Of a DNA stretch of 64,000 nucleotides, positions 13,387-25,665 are shown one piece after another; within the stretch, counting starts at the first letter, position 1, and every line of letters starts with the position of its first letter. This stretch comes from Octopus sinensis (taxonomy: Eukaryota). The translations under genes and the position numbers were made by a program. The notes beneath the pieces were generated by a model. That model worked only from the letters and a program-made list of their open reading frames with translations. It was not told the DNA's origin and did no database searches. The stretch spans positions 31,818,464 through 31,882,463 of the forward strand of contig NC_043011.1 in the NCBI RefSeq assembly GCF_006345805.1, given 5' to 3'.

Positions 13387-13559
13387 GCAGTATTTCGTCT
13401 GTCTTTATGTCTTTATGAGTTGAAATTCTACCAAGGTCAACTTTGCCTTTCATCCTTTCGGCATTGATAAATTAAGTACCAGTTGCGTACTGAGATCTAT
13501 TTAATCAACTGACCCCTTCCCCTAAAATTTCAGGCCTTATGCCCAGAGTAGAAAAAAAG
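13387..13559 (+). mobile_element. 5'-truncated SINE family B (Nin/Deu-domain-like) with 16-bp TSD
   Basis: TSD AATATTTAACCTAGTT at 13371-13386 and 13560-13575; core TTTGCCTTTCATCCTTTCGG..TAAGTACCAG. Confidence 0.8.
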
Positions 13560-13899
13560 AATATTTAACCTAGTTAACAAGGCTAGATTTTGAAGTTAAC
13601 CACCTATAATCAAACATTATATATAAACATACATTCAGCATCACCCTCATAATACAACATCTGTTTTCTATGCTGGCACGAGTTGGACGGTTTGACAAGG
13701 GCTGGTTAGGCAGTAGACTGCACCAGGCTTCACTGTCTATTTTGGCATACATACTCAATATATATGTGTGTGTGTATAAATATATATGCATGTTAATATA
13801 TAACACACCATAGTAATCATATCTGTTGGGCATGTGGAAGAGAGTGTAATTCGGCAGAAGGACTTAAACGACATGCAAAGGTACATGAAGCCCAGTTAC

Positions 13900-14967
13900 A
13901 TTGAAGGTTACTTTTTCTTCGGGATCATATTTGAATTTGAATATGGAATTTGCTACATAGTCAGGGGAAAATGTATTCTCTGGTTTGGTTATCAACTTCA
14001 TTAGTGTAACATTTGTTGTTGCAATTCTTGTTGTTGTTCTTGTTGTTCCTTGAGTTGTTGTTGTTGCTGTTTTTGCAACTCAACTATCCCAGCTAACAAG
14101 TCTTCTATATTTTACAATTTTTGTAAGTTTGCACAAGATTTTTATCAAGGTATTAAATTCTCCATGTGAATTAGTTTAAACTATCTGTGTAAATGTTTTT
14201 TTTTTCACTCCGTATAAATTTATTTTTCCTTGTTGCCATTGTTGTATCTGTCTTTTGATGATGGTTGTCACTCTGACACATATTGTTATATTCTAAAGTC
14301 GTCGATAGAAAAGTTACTATCCTCAAAAGGTTGTATTGTTATAATGGCCCTTCAGTATCAGAGTATAATTACTATATCTGTATAGACATGACTATCCACA
14401 CAGTCTACATGTATTCTCGACTTCTCTTGTCGGCCAGCTACCCATGAAAAGATAGAATTGTTGTTGGAGCCAATGGAAAAGACGGAATTGTTGTTGGAGC
14501 CAATGGAAAAGATGGAATTGTTGCTGGAGCCCATGAAAAGATGGAATTGTTGCTGGAGCCAATGGAAAAGACGGAACTGTTACTGGAGCCAATGGAAAAG
14601 ATGGAATTGTTTCTGGAGCCAATGGAATTGTTGCAGGAGCCCATGAAAAGACAGAATTGTTTTTGGAGCTCATGAAAAGACGGAACTGTTTGCAGGGGAC
14701 AATGGAAAAGATGGAATTGTTGCTGGAACCCATGAAAAGATAAAATTGTTGCTGGAGCCCATAAAAAGATGGAATTGTTGCTGGAGCCCATGAAAAGATG
14801 GAACTGTTGCTGGAGCCAATGGAAAAGATGGAATTGTTGCTGGAGCCAGTTCTTGGCAAAGTCGTGATTGGTCAGATTTCGTTGATCACATGGGTATCAT
14901 TCTAGTGATTCATGACATTGGATATAGTGATCAATTGCTGAATATTCCCTTTTGACTGTGTACTACA
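13900..14967 (-). mobile_element. Gypsy (K02A2.6/Mag-like) LTR retrotransposon 5' remnant: LTR, PBS and gag start
   Basis: Minus strand: TGTAGTA.. (14967) to ..ACAACA (14240), then ATGGCAACAAGG (CpG-decayed TGGCGACGAG-type PBS), then IEDLLAGIVELQKQQQQQLKEQQ.. / KPENTFSPDYVANSIFKFKYDPEEKVTF. Confidence 0.7.
14441..14849. repeat. 29/30-bp minisatellite inside the LTR (about 14 units)
   Basis: CCAATGGAAAAGATGGAATTGTTGCTGGAG and CCCATGAAAAG.. variants. Confidence 0.95.
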
Positions 14968-15296
14968 GAATCAAAATTAAAATGTTTTCTAGTCTTCTTT
15001 TGATAGGCATGAAATTGTAAAAGCCTAGTTGTATTGAGAAAATGAGTTGCAACATTGATACCATTCCTTAAAATATTGGCAGAATAAGTGTCAATGGTAA
15101 AAATATTAGTGTTAACAAAAAGAAATGGCCTTAACTAGGATATATTAACAAGTACATGTTGACAAAGGATAATAGTTGTGTATTTAGAGAGCTCTTTATA
15201 TAGAGACTTATTATTATTTGCACAATGTCAAATGCTTACTATTGTATGCATCTTTTATTTGCTTTACTGGGTCATTTTAGTGCTGTACAATTCACA

Positions 15297-15330
<34 letters not shown>

Positions 15331-15432
15331 GGTAGATAGATAGACAGATAGACAAACAGTTAGATAGACAGACAAATGTATGGAATGTACGTATATATTC
15401 ATACACACACACATATATATGTATATATATAT

Positions 15433-15467
<35 letters not shown>

Positions 15468-15504
15468 TATGTATATGTATATGCATGCATATAATACCCA
15501 CACA

Positions 15505-16395
15505 CATACATCTTGGAGGATCATCACTGAACAAATGATGAATTTGTTGATGATTGGTGTGTCCTGGAGCTCCTGCCAACGAATTTTGTGCAAGGAATTG
15601 TGTATGGAAAGAGTTCCAGAAAAATGTGTGCCTCACTTGCTCAAGGAAGATCAAAAGCTGTCACAAGTGAATGCATGTTATGAGCTGAAAGAACAGTTGG
15701 AAGTTGATCCAAACCTTTATTCAAAGGTCATCACTGGTGGCAAAAGGTGGTACTATTGCTATGACCTGGAAACGGAGCAGCAATCAAGTCAGTGGAAGCA
15801 TTCAATGACACCATGCCCCACCCAAAAAGCATGTCAAATGAAGTCTAATGTCAAGATGATGCTGATTTCTTTCACTGATGTGAAAGGAATTGTCTACACT
15901 GAATTTGTTCCTCCTGGTCAAACTGCTAACCAGACATTTTACTCGGCAGTTCTGAAGCTTTTGTGAGACACAGTGATATGAAAATGCCCTGACTTGTGAC
16001 AAAGTAGAGAGCAGTGGTTTAATCACAACAGTGGGCCTGTACACACCACCTTGAGTACAAGACAGTTTTTGACTAAAAATGGCATGACCTCACTTACCCA
16101 CACCTCACTATTCACCCGATCTTGCTCCCTGTGACACTGTTTGTTCCTCAGAATGAAAACAGTCCTTAAAGGAAAACGTTTTGCGGATGTGGAAGAGGTG
16201 AAGAAAAAAATGATGAAAGCATTAAAAGGCATCACTTCGCAAGATTTCCTGGACTGCTTCAAACAGTGGAAAATGAATCTGGACCAATGCGTAGCTTCTA
16301 ATGGAAAATACTTTGAAGGCAATAAATGTGTAAACATGTAAAACTAAGTGAATAAAATAATATAAAATTCCAGCTTCTTTTGGGTACCCTTTTGT
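15505..16395 (+). mobile_element. mariner transposase pseudogene (5'-truncated)
   Basis: VPHLL, VITGGKRWYYCYDLETEQQSSQWKH, KGIVYTEFVPPGQTAN, YSPDLAPCD, LKGKRFADVEEVK, CVASNGKYFEG. First catalytic Asp lost; stops present. Confidence 0.9.
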
Positions 16396-16482
16396 CTATC
16401 TATGTTGTATATATTTTGAATCGAATTGTATTTGGGCAAAACATTTTTTTAAAAAATGTTCCAAACTTTAGGCCACTACTGG

Positions 16483-16549
<67 letters not shown>

Positions 16550-17040
16550 TACACATGCATACATAAACATGATAGGGTGTGAGAGAAAAAAAGAGAGAGA
16601 GGGTAGGATAGGACATACTATATTAACCCATTAATGTATCTAACTGCTTGTAATTGTTCATAATTACTATTTCATACCATTAAGTGTATGTTCAGTTGCT
16701 ATTGAACTCCTGCTAATCTGGTTGATTTCTGTGTCCCTTGGGGAGACCACACGAGCTATTGTCTTCTCAGCTTTAAAAGACAGCCATCATAGCAAGCTAA
16801 CATAACTCTTGTTAATTATACAATGTACCTGTTACATGCAACAGTGAGTTGGACTTACTCTTGCCGGCTACATGGGCTACGCTTTTGCAGATCTTAAGTG
16901 CCTTGTCATGTATCCAATGTTCGCTTGGTGACAGATATAAGCTATTTTCCTTTCTTTTTATAAACTACTTATTCTCCATTCAATTGCGTCACACACTGTT
17001 GGTTTGGCCAGCTGCTTCTTGTTAGAAACTTGACTGTAAC

Positions 17041-17126
17041 TGATTTTTTCCTTTTTTTTTTTTTCTTAGCAGTCATTTGTCTGTATTTGATGCTGTTAAT
17101 TACAAAGCTATATTTCTCTTTTCCAG
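17041..17126 (+). promoter_or_regulatory. Splice acceptor(s) ahead of the GPCR coding exon (5' UTR intron)
   Basis: Polypyrimidine-AG at 17068-17069 (TTTTTCTTAG) and 17125-17126 (TTTCTCTTTTCCAG), 43 nt before the ATG. Confidence 0.65.
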
Positions 17127-17169
17127 ATAACTGACGCAACTGCTTTATGAGACATCATCCTCAACAACC

Positions 17170-18342
17170 ATGAATACCACCAACAACTTCAACAATCTTC
17201 CTTATGAACAACAACTGTTAAAAATCAATGAAGAAAAGGTTCATGATTTTTTACTTGCCTTTATTTATCTGTGTGTTGCCATGATAATGGGTGTTATTGG
17301 CAATGCCTTTGTCAGTTACATTTACCATTACAAACTGAGGCAAACTCCAGCCAATTTGTTTGTTGTCATACTAAGCTTCTGTGACTTTCTTGCCAGTTTA
17401 ATATGTATACCTATGGATATTGCTATCCTTACACTGCCATATGTATTTGAAAATGATCCCGCATGTCGTGTAATAAGATTCTTTGTCATGGATTTATCCA
17501 TCACTTCTGGAGTCATTGTCTTTGCCATTTCTATAGACCGTTTCAAGAAAGTATGTTTGCCTTTGAAGAAACAATTCACTCGACGCCAGGTTGGAATCAT
17601 TTCAGCTGTAGTCATCATCTTTGCAACAGTTCTATCATTGCCAGGCGTTTATGTTTATGGAACCAAACATTTTAGAATACCAGGAACTCACTTGAACGGC
17701 TCTATTTGCTCCATATCAGAGAAAGCTCACAAGAGTGTTTCCGCTGGTTTTCTAATCCTTCTCATGTCCGTATGTTTACTTCTGTTAATAACATTCAGTA
17801 CAATTTATTGTTTGATTGCAATAAAATTGTGCCGCTACAAAAAGCAAAGAACATCATTGGCTGACTCCATGAAAGTGAAATCTGTTAGTCATGATGACAA
17901 TTCAAGAGAGTTGACCGACAGTAATGACTACATCAAAGAAAGCCGCCGTATTGACAAGATACAGAAGTCAAAATCGAAAGGTTTTAGTTTGGAGAAGGAA
18001 ACATTTCGTGTTCGCTCAAACACACAGACAACTATAAGAGAGCCAACTTCTTTCATGAATATGACACGAACAACTTTAATTATGTTCTTTGTGACTCTCA
18101 CTTGGGTATTAAGTTACATCCCTCATTTAGCTTCAGTTTTAACATTAAGCAGAAATGCAGAATTTAAAGAGACACTAAGTCCGACTAACAGTGCCCTCTT
18201 TGAGATTGCACTGCGTTCTTTCTACTTAAATAACATGATTAATCCATTCATTTATGGCATATTCAACTTTCGATTCCGCAATGAAGTTATTGCATTACTG
18301 CGAAAGACTTTCTGTTGTTTAAAATTGAAACCATCTTCTTGA
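17170..18342 (+). CDS. Class A (rhodopsin-like) GPCR, 390 aa, peptide-receptor-like orphan
   Basis: Seven hydrophobic segments; TM1 GN, TM2 LSFCD, TM3 Cys (PAC), SIDRF, ECL2 Cys, TM5 Tyr, TM6 SYIP, TM7 NPFIY, helix 8 FR and CC. N-terminal sequon NTT; Kozak-like ACCATGA. Intact ORF. Confidence 0.95.
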   Translation: MNTTNNFNNLPYEQQLLKINEEKVHDFLLAFIYLCVAMIMGVIGNAFVSYIYHYKLRQTPANLFVVILSFCDFLASLICIPMDIAILTLPYVFENDPACRVIRFFVMDLSITSGVIVFAISIDRFKKVCLPLKKQFTRRQVGIISAVVIIFATVLSLPGVYVYGTKHFRIPGTHLNGSICSISEKAHKSVSAGFLILLMSVCLLLLITFSTIYCLIAIKLCRYKKQRTSLADSMKVKSVSHDDNSRELTDSNDYIKESRRIDKIQKSKSKGFSLEKETFRVRSNTQTTIREPTSFMNMTRTTLIMFFVTLTWVLSYIPHLASVLTLSRNAEFKETLSPTNSALFEIALRSFYLNNMINPFIYGIFNFRFRNEVIALLRKTFCCLKLKPSS

Positions 18343-19458
18343 GGAAACCATTTCTCTTTTGTTCCCTTTGTATTTTTATTGAATAATGGAATGCTGCTCC
18401 CATACCAAGGATAGTGTTGTTATTACTGGACTGCCTTCAAAATGTAAACGAAAGCTTCCCAGCTAATTACTAAGGATTCATTGACCAACTTATTATTCTT
18501 ACCTGTAGCCCATAAGCTCACTCTATCATTTCTACTTTAACTACATCAACCTCTGCACCTTGGAGCCAACCAGATCTTTATCCTTTTATCTTTTATGTGT
18601 TTCAGTCATCAGACAGGACTGTGGTCATGCTGGAGCACCACCTTGAAGGCTTTGATTGAAAAAATTGAAACCCAGTACTTAATGTATTTTTTTAAAGTCT
18701 GGTGCTTATCCTATCGGTCCTCTTTTGCCAAACTGCCAAGTTACAAGGATGTAAACAAACCAACACTGGTTGTCAAACAGTGTTGGCAGATAAACACAAA
18801 ACACACACACGTGTGTATATACATGTGTGTGTGCGTGTGTGTGCGCATATATATATATATAAATATACAACAGACTTCCACACAGTTTCTGTTTACCAAA
18901 TTCATTTACAAGGCATTGGTTGACCTGAGGCTATAGTAGAAGACACTTGCCCAAGGTTCCACACAGTGAGACTGAACCCAAAACCACATGGTGGTTAAGT
19001 GAACCTTTAACCACACCACTATGCCTGTGGCTATACTTTCTTTACCCAAGTCCACCAAATCTAATCACCATACTCAATCCTTCTTCCCCATATTGTCAAC
19101 CTTCTGGAATTTCCTGTATGCCTGCTTTTCACCTGCAAACATCGACTTATAAATGTTTAAACTGAATACAATCTGCATTAATTTTTCCAGTATTGAAGGA
19201 TCAAAGAAAGTCATGGATACAAACTCTTTCTCCTAATGAACTATGTAAAATTTAAAAAAAAGCAAAGAAAAAGGTTTTTTAATTATAATTCAAGCACTTT
19301 GGAATAGTGCATCTATGACCAGGTCTTAAATGCATGAGGAAAGACCTTGATATTAATATGTATAATACTATTACATTATAAAACATAACTGTATACTGCA
19401 TGGTGCAGTGCAAAAGACAAAGTCTTTATACATGCATGCATACATTGTTACACATATA

Positions 19459-20376
19459 CAGGGTGATTGAACAGTAATTCCTGATCTTAAAATACTTTTA
19501 GATTATTTATTAATTGTAATTTTTACAAACAAATGGATATGAGAGAGAGGTAGGCTTTTAGTATGCGGTTTTATTTAAAATTTGATATGAGCTCCAGATG
19601 TCGCCACCAGCTTCTTGAATGACCCAGGAATTGTGTCAATTGATTTCACCAGGAACTTTTGTGAGAGGAAAGAATACATAACTTCTTGTATTTGCCCTTC
19701 AAGTTCTTCCAAAGTCTTTGGTTAGGTACAGTAGACTTGTTCATTTAACCAACCCCAAAGAAGGAAGTCACACAGTGTTAAGTCGGGACTCCTGGCTGAC
19801 CACTCATGTGGCCCCGGTTTGCTGTCTTACTTCAGATACCATCTGAAGAGCAAGATGGGGTTGGAGAGGAAGACCCTTCCACTGAGTGAATATGAGAAAC
19901 GATGGAAAGATGTGATGAGAAAGGTGGGTGTTAGTAACCCAGCTTAGTCATTGACGAAAGGAAAAGATAGTTGCTGGGCCTTATAGGCTGCCGGGTTCGA
20001 TCTTTTGAACTTTTATTCGTTTTCTTTCTTTAAAGGAAAAATTAATCGTTATATAAAATATTTTTAAAGTAATTTTTAAACATAATGCTCATTTGAACTC
20101 GTATAACATTTTTGTATTTGTTTGTCTTGTAATGTCCCTTTCTATGTACGATCAGTTTGATCATAATAAAGATTTTTACTCATGTGGACCACAACAACCC
20201 AACCATCTTCCAGGGAAGTGGGCATTCAGCCATTCACAAATGACAAGAGCAATACAATTACAGATTAAATTCTCAGATATCGAAAAACAAACACAAAAAA
20301 ATTTGGGAAAAAAAATTACAATTAATAAATAATTTATGAGTATTTTAAAATCGGGAGTTACTTTTCAATCACTCTG
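19459..20376 (-). mobile_element. Internally deleted Tc1/mariner element (DD41D/Tc3-like) with TIRs and TA TSD
   Basis: TA-CAGGGTGATTGAACAGTAATTCCTGATCTTAAAATACT ... AGTATTTTAAAATCGGGAGTTACTTTTCAATCACTCTG-TA. Minus strand reads WLNAHFPGRWLG..PHEWSARSPDLTLCDFLLWGWL. Confidence 0.85.
19812..20177 (+). mobile_element. L1/Tx1-like LINE 3' fragment nested in the Tc1 element
   Basis: 10-bp TSD ACTCATGTGG (19802-19811, 20178-20187); LLSYFRYHLKSKMGLERKTL..KRW stop; AATAAA near the end. Confidence 0.7.
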
Positions 20377-20429
20377 TATATAGACATATACACACATTCA
20401 TACAGGCATACATACTTACAATAACTCTG

Positions 20430-20795
20430 AGCACCTTTTCAAACTCCACCTGTCTAACACCCATGGACATGTTTACAAAGTCAGAAAACAGCACAGCTCC
20501 CATGACTTTCAGAAACATTTTTCACGCTAAGAGTTTCTGAAGCATGGAACAAACTGCCGGCATCAGTTGTTAGTTGTCGGAGCACTGCATCCTTCAAAAC
20601 TTCCATGCTTCCTGAGATACACCAACACTACACCTGATTTTCTCCCCTTCATACACACACAAGCATGTATCTGACTCATACACTGTTCACTTTCCAGACA
20701 TTTGTACATTACTGCACATGCTTTATACACACTTTTGACAAGTTGTGGTGCACCTGAGTACTGTATACAATAATTTCATTATTATTATTATATTA
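20430..20795 (+). mobile_element. CR1-clade LINE 3' end
   Basis: NTHGHVYKVRKQ..KHFFTLRVSEAWNKLPASVVSCRSTASFK, then (ATT)n tail. Inverse copy at 31430-31776. Confidence 0.8.
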
Positions 20796-21678
20796 TTATT
20801 TTATACACATATAAATAGAATCTGTAAGCGGAAGAGTAAAAATATGCAAGACTTCTCTCAAGATTAAAATGTGACTTTGTTTTTGTTATCTGCCTTTAAA
20901 CAATGAAGCTTTTGTATGTTTGTTAGAAGCCAGCTCCTTCTTCAGGATGATTTCAAATAATTAAAAATAGAAGAGAACGTACATGCATACATGCATGCGA
21001 AATACATATATGCATACATATACACTTACATGTATGCATACCTACCTACCTACATACGAACGTACATACATACATACATATACACATACATGCATACATA
21101 AATACATGCATGCATATAATAGAACTAGATTCCATCTGGATATAATTTGAACTCAGAACTGAAAGATTTAACCAAATCAAATATTTCAAACTATCTCATC
21201 TGACACAATACTTATTTTGCCACTTACCACACCAGTGTGTGTATATGTGTGTGTGTTTTAAATGCCTCTATCACAATTATTATTGAATTACTTCTATTTT
21301 ATTTGTTTTTAAATTTTTATTGGTTCAATATTTTTGTATGGACAATGAAATTTTGTTACCACTAAATCTCAACAGTTTATACAAATTTTGAAATTAGCTT
21401 TTACTCTGGTGGCATCAATTGATATGAGTACAAAATTATCTGAATCCACAGGAAAACAGTAGAATCCAGGCAAAATTGCAATGGTCTCTCGCTCTCTCTC
21501 TTTTCCAAATGATTCTGCATGAAATATTTGATGTTTCTTTTTTCCTCATAATAAAATAATCTATTCCATGTTGTTTCATATTTCTTAATTCTCAGCTTCT
21601 TTTTTTATTTGCTTGCAGTTTGAAAGTTATTTCATTGTATTTTATAGTAAATCTATAGATATACGCATGCACACAATA

Positions 21679-21912
21679 TACCTATTTCTTTACTCCCCAC
21701 AAGGGGCTAAACACAGAGAGGACAAACAAGGACAGACAAACGGATTAAGTCGATTATATCGACCCCAGTGTGTAACTGGTACTTATTTAATCGACCCTGA
21801 AAGGATGAAAGGTGAAGTCAGCCTCGATGGAATTTGAACTCAGAACGTAGCGGCAGACGAAATACCGCTAAGCATTTCGCCTGTCGTGCTAACGATTCTC
21901 CCAGCTCACCAC
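21679..21912 (-). mobile_element. SINE family B copy
   Basis: Reverse of GGCGAGCTGGCAGAA..GAGTTCAAATTCC..CCTTTCATCCTTTC..CCCCTTGTGGG..TAAAGAAATAGGTAT. Confidence 0.85.
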
Positions 21913-22025
21913 AGCTTTACTGTGTGTGAGTGTTTGACCAAGTGAAATCATTCACTGGAATTATACTACATCAAACTGTCCAACCCATGCCTGGATGGAA
22001 GACAGATGTTAAACAATAATGATGA

Positions 22026-22070
<45 letters not shown>

Positions 22071-22074
<4 letters not shown>

Positions 22075-22723
22075 TAATGAGGGAGATAAATTAATATTAA
22101 TTTTAATATCAATTTAAAACCAGTAGTCCAGCATACAAAAAATCTGAGAAGTCAGAGAAAATTCTAATATATGTGTATATTGGCAGGGCTTACTGCTAGG
22201 GAGTCAGCCGTATGCTAGAAATAGACCATTAACGATCAAACTACAAGGAAATTCTCTAGAGGAAAAATACAGCGAACACCAGAACCAAATTTGGCAGGCA
22301 GGACAGATGAAAATTTTTATAAAAAACAGAATTAAATGCATACCTCGGTTTCGGCCTTTAACAAAAGAATTACTTACGTAATTCAAATGTCCGTGCTTCT
22401 TCAGTGCATTCGTTCATTGTAATGTAAACTGAAAAACTAACCCCAGCTTTCCGTGCCAGTACAGACATGTGTATAGTTTTACCAATTACACTAGTGATAA
22501 AATTTCAAATGTCTTGGCTCTGGCGTGCTAATAAATTCCTGAGGCGAAGGGCTGCAGTAAATAATTCACTGCGGTTGGTGCTTACTACTAGAGAACGTAT
22601 TTATTTCAATATTTAAATAATGAGGGAGATAAATTAATATTAATTTTAATATCAATTTAAAACCAGTAGTCCAGCATACAAAAAATCTGAGAAGTCAGAG
22701 AAAATTCTAATATATGTGTATAT
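22071..22723 (-). mobile_element. 1.2-mer of a 543-bp unit carrying a hammerhead motif (Penelope/retrozyme-like)
   Basis: Direct repeat of about 110 bp starting at 22071 and 22614, flanked by (TA)n; hammerhead at 22335-22410. Confidence 0.7.
22335..22410 (-). ncRNA. Type I hammerhead ribozyme motif
   Basis: AAUGCA-CUGAAGA-[stem II with GAAUUAC GUAA GUAAUUC]-GAAA-C CGAG G-UA-UGCAUU. Perfect 6-bp stem I; base of stem II imperfect. Confidence 0.65.
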
Positions 22724-22823
22724 ATATATACTGAGATTGATTTCAAATAAATAGAATCTTCATATAAATTTGTGACCTTATACCAAAGTAAAAAAAAAAT
22801 TATTCAGGACATTTATAATGAAA

Positions 22824-22876
22824 TAGTCATACAGCTGTTTCTGGGATATTATGGATATCCCTTCATCAGAGATGGT
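22824..22876 (-). ncRNA. Degenerate type I hammerhead motif
   Basis: CUGAUGA-A-GGGAUAU CCAUA AUAUCCC-A-GAAA-C AGCU G-UA; stem I decayed. Confidence 0.5.
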
Positions 22877-25665
22877 GTGAGAAAATATTTGAGTTCAAAT
22901 TATTGTGGAAAAGATAAAGAATATAGAGGGAAATAAGAATGAAAGTAGAAATAAGATGAATATGCACATTTCAGGAGTTATTGCTCTCTCTTCAGTACCA
23001 CATTCAACCCATTAACCATCCACAAACGTATTGCTTAAATAGCCACTGAATTTAGCATTGTAACACAATTGGGTAGACCAGTTTTATATATTAAACACAT
23101 TCCTGGTCACTGGTACTTATATATTAAGTGCTGGCAGGAACACCGTATTTCATTTTACCACCAAAACCACCACTGCCGCCGCTACCACCACCACCTCTGC
23201 CAACAACAACAATGTAAAAGGTGATGGAGATTCTATGCCATCACTTGATCTACTAGAGATAGCAGCCTAATTACCCTTAAACGATATCCTACCATCTTAA
23301 AAAACAGAAAGAAGAGACATTGGGTAACATAGTGTGAGATAGAACCGTCTAACATAAAGACAGGATGGTTGTCATAGGAAGGCTACTGAAGTGGTAACAC
23401 ATCGCAAAAGAATGACTTGTGGTATTTGGTTATTTTCCTTTATCTCCCAACTTCCAAAACCACTTGAGAGCAACTGTTTTCCAATTGTCCAGGGCAATAA
23501 AACACGTACCAGTTATATACTGAGATTGATTTCAAACGAATAGAAACCTCATATAAATTTGTGACCTTATGCCAAAGTAAAAAAAAAAAATATATACATT
23601 TTATTCAGGGAGGAAGTGCTATTTATAAGATCAAAAAGGCACTTCAAGTAACATATTTAAGAGTCTAGACTAGTGTGTTGCAAATGGCATCTTCATCAGC
23701 AAATATATAGAGAAAGCTGTGCAATTTGTTTTGCTGTGAAGAGGTGTTTTCATTAGAGAAAGTGATGAAATATTTTATTTTACACTCAGTTCTGCTGATG
23801 TTTGAATCCACCATGTTATAAATAATGGTTTCAAATTTTGGCACAAGGCCAACAAGTTTGATGGAGGTGGGTAAATCGATCACATCGACCCAAGTACTCA
23901 ACTGGTAATTATTTTATCGACCTTGAGAGGATGAAAGGCAAAGTCAACCTTTGCAGAATTTGAACTCAGAACAAAGCGATGAATGAGTGAAATGCCACAA
24001 ATCATTTTTCCTGGCATGCTAATGATTCTGCCTTAATAATAATAATGATAATAATAATAATAATAATAATAATGATAATGGTGTTGATAATGGTGGTGGT
24101 GGTGGTGGTGGTGGCAGAAACATTAGCTCGACGGGTGAAATGCTCAGTGGTATTTCATCTGCCGCTACGTTCTGAGTTCAAATTTCGCCAAGGTCGACGT
24201 TGCCTTTCATCCTTTCGGGGTCATTTAAATAAGTACCAGTTACGCACTGGGGTCGATATAATCGACTCAATCCGTTTGTCCTTGTTTGTTCCCTCAGTGT
24301 GTAGCCCCTTGTGGGCAGTAAAGAAATTGGTGGTGGTGGTGGTGATGATGATGATTTTAAATTTTGGCAGAAGGCCAGCTATTTCAGGGGAGGGGAAAAG
24401 TTGATTACATCGACCTCAGCATTCAACTGGTACTTATTTTATTCATCCCAAAAGGATGAAAGGCAAAGTCAACCTCAGCAGTATTTGAACTCAGAATGTA
24501 AAGATGGACGAAACGCTGCTAAGTATTTCGCCTGGCTCAATAATGATTCTGCCAGCTTTCCGCCTTTAACCCGCAAAGCACTGGGATTTGCACTTACATA
24601 GCATGGACTGCTGAGCACATTTTATGAAAATGAAACTACCATGCACACATAAAAAACAAAAAAATAGTTAAAATATCTTCTTAGTATATAATGGTGGTAA
24701 GTTTTACATAATCTGAAAAGTCCTCTTGTATTCTGAGAGGTATCAGAGCATTTGAGTGACATTATACCCCAACAAACACCCATAAATTAAATGCATCTTT
24801 CTGTGCCACAATCATGGCCTGTCGACCTCTGCCTGACAATCACAATCGTGGCCCATCGCTCTTCATATGTTAAGGCTATAAATAATTCTTTCCACTATAG
24901 GTACAAGACCTGAAATTTTGTGGAATGGTGAAAGTCCATCACATAGACCCCCCAACACTTGATTAGTACATATTTTATCCATCCCAAAAGGATGAAAAGT
25001 AAAGTTGACCATAGCGGTATTTGGACTCAGAATGTAAAGATGGACAAAATGCTGTTAAGTTTTTAAAACTTTCTGCATTGTTGGAAGCTTACCTTATTTT
25101 TCATTTCAGTCATCATTCTTCTTCTTTATTACAATACTTCAAGCAAACAACAGTACCCATCCTTCCTTAATTTTGTTTCATAGAATCAAGAAGGTTTTAT
25201 ACTCAATAAGATTTCCTTTAAAATGGTCCTCTTACACTCATCCTCTCTCTTCTTTTTCTTTTTGCTGTTAAGCATTTTGCCCAGCTCAGTAACAATTCTG
25301 CCAGCGCACCACCGTAATGATAACAACAACATCAACAATAATAGTCCTTTCTACTATAGGCACAAGGCCTGAAATTGTGCGGGAGAGGGATAGTTGATTA
25401 CATCAACCCCGTACCCTACTGGTGCTTAATTTATTCACCCTGAAAGGATCAAAGGTAAAGTCAAACTCAGCGGTATTTGCACTTAAAATGTAAAGACAAA
25501 TGAAATGCTGCTAAGCATTTTTCCTGGTTTGGTAATGATTCTGCCAGCTTGCCACCTTCACCATGTTATAAATAAGAGTGTGTAAATACTGAGTTCAGAA
25601 AATATTCTGTGTAGAAAAAGCTGAAGGCTGAGAGGATTTTTTTGACTCAATATTTACATGCTAAG

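Noticed and set aside
14392-14859. Repetitive ORFs (155 aa, 117 aa, 62 aa)
   Set aside because: Translations of a 29/30-bp minisatellite whose mixed unit lengths break any frame.
15469-16341. SETMAR-like host gene
   Set aside because: No SET domain; stops, frameshifts and a lost catalytic Asp indicate a dead mariner.
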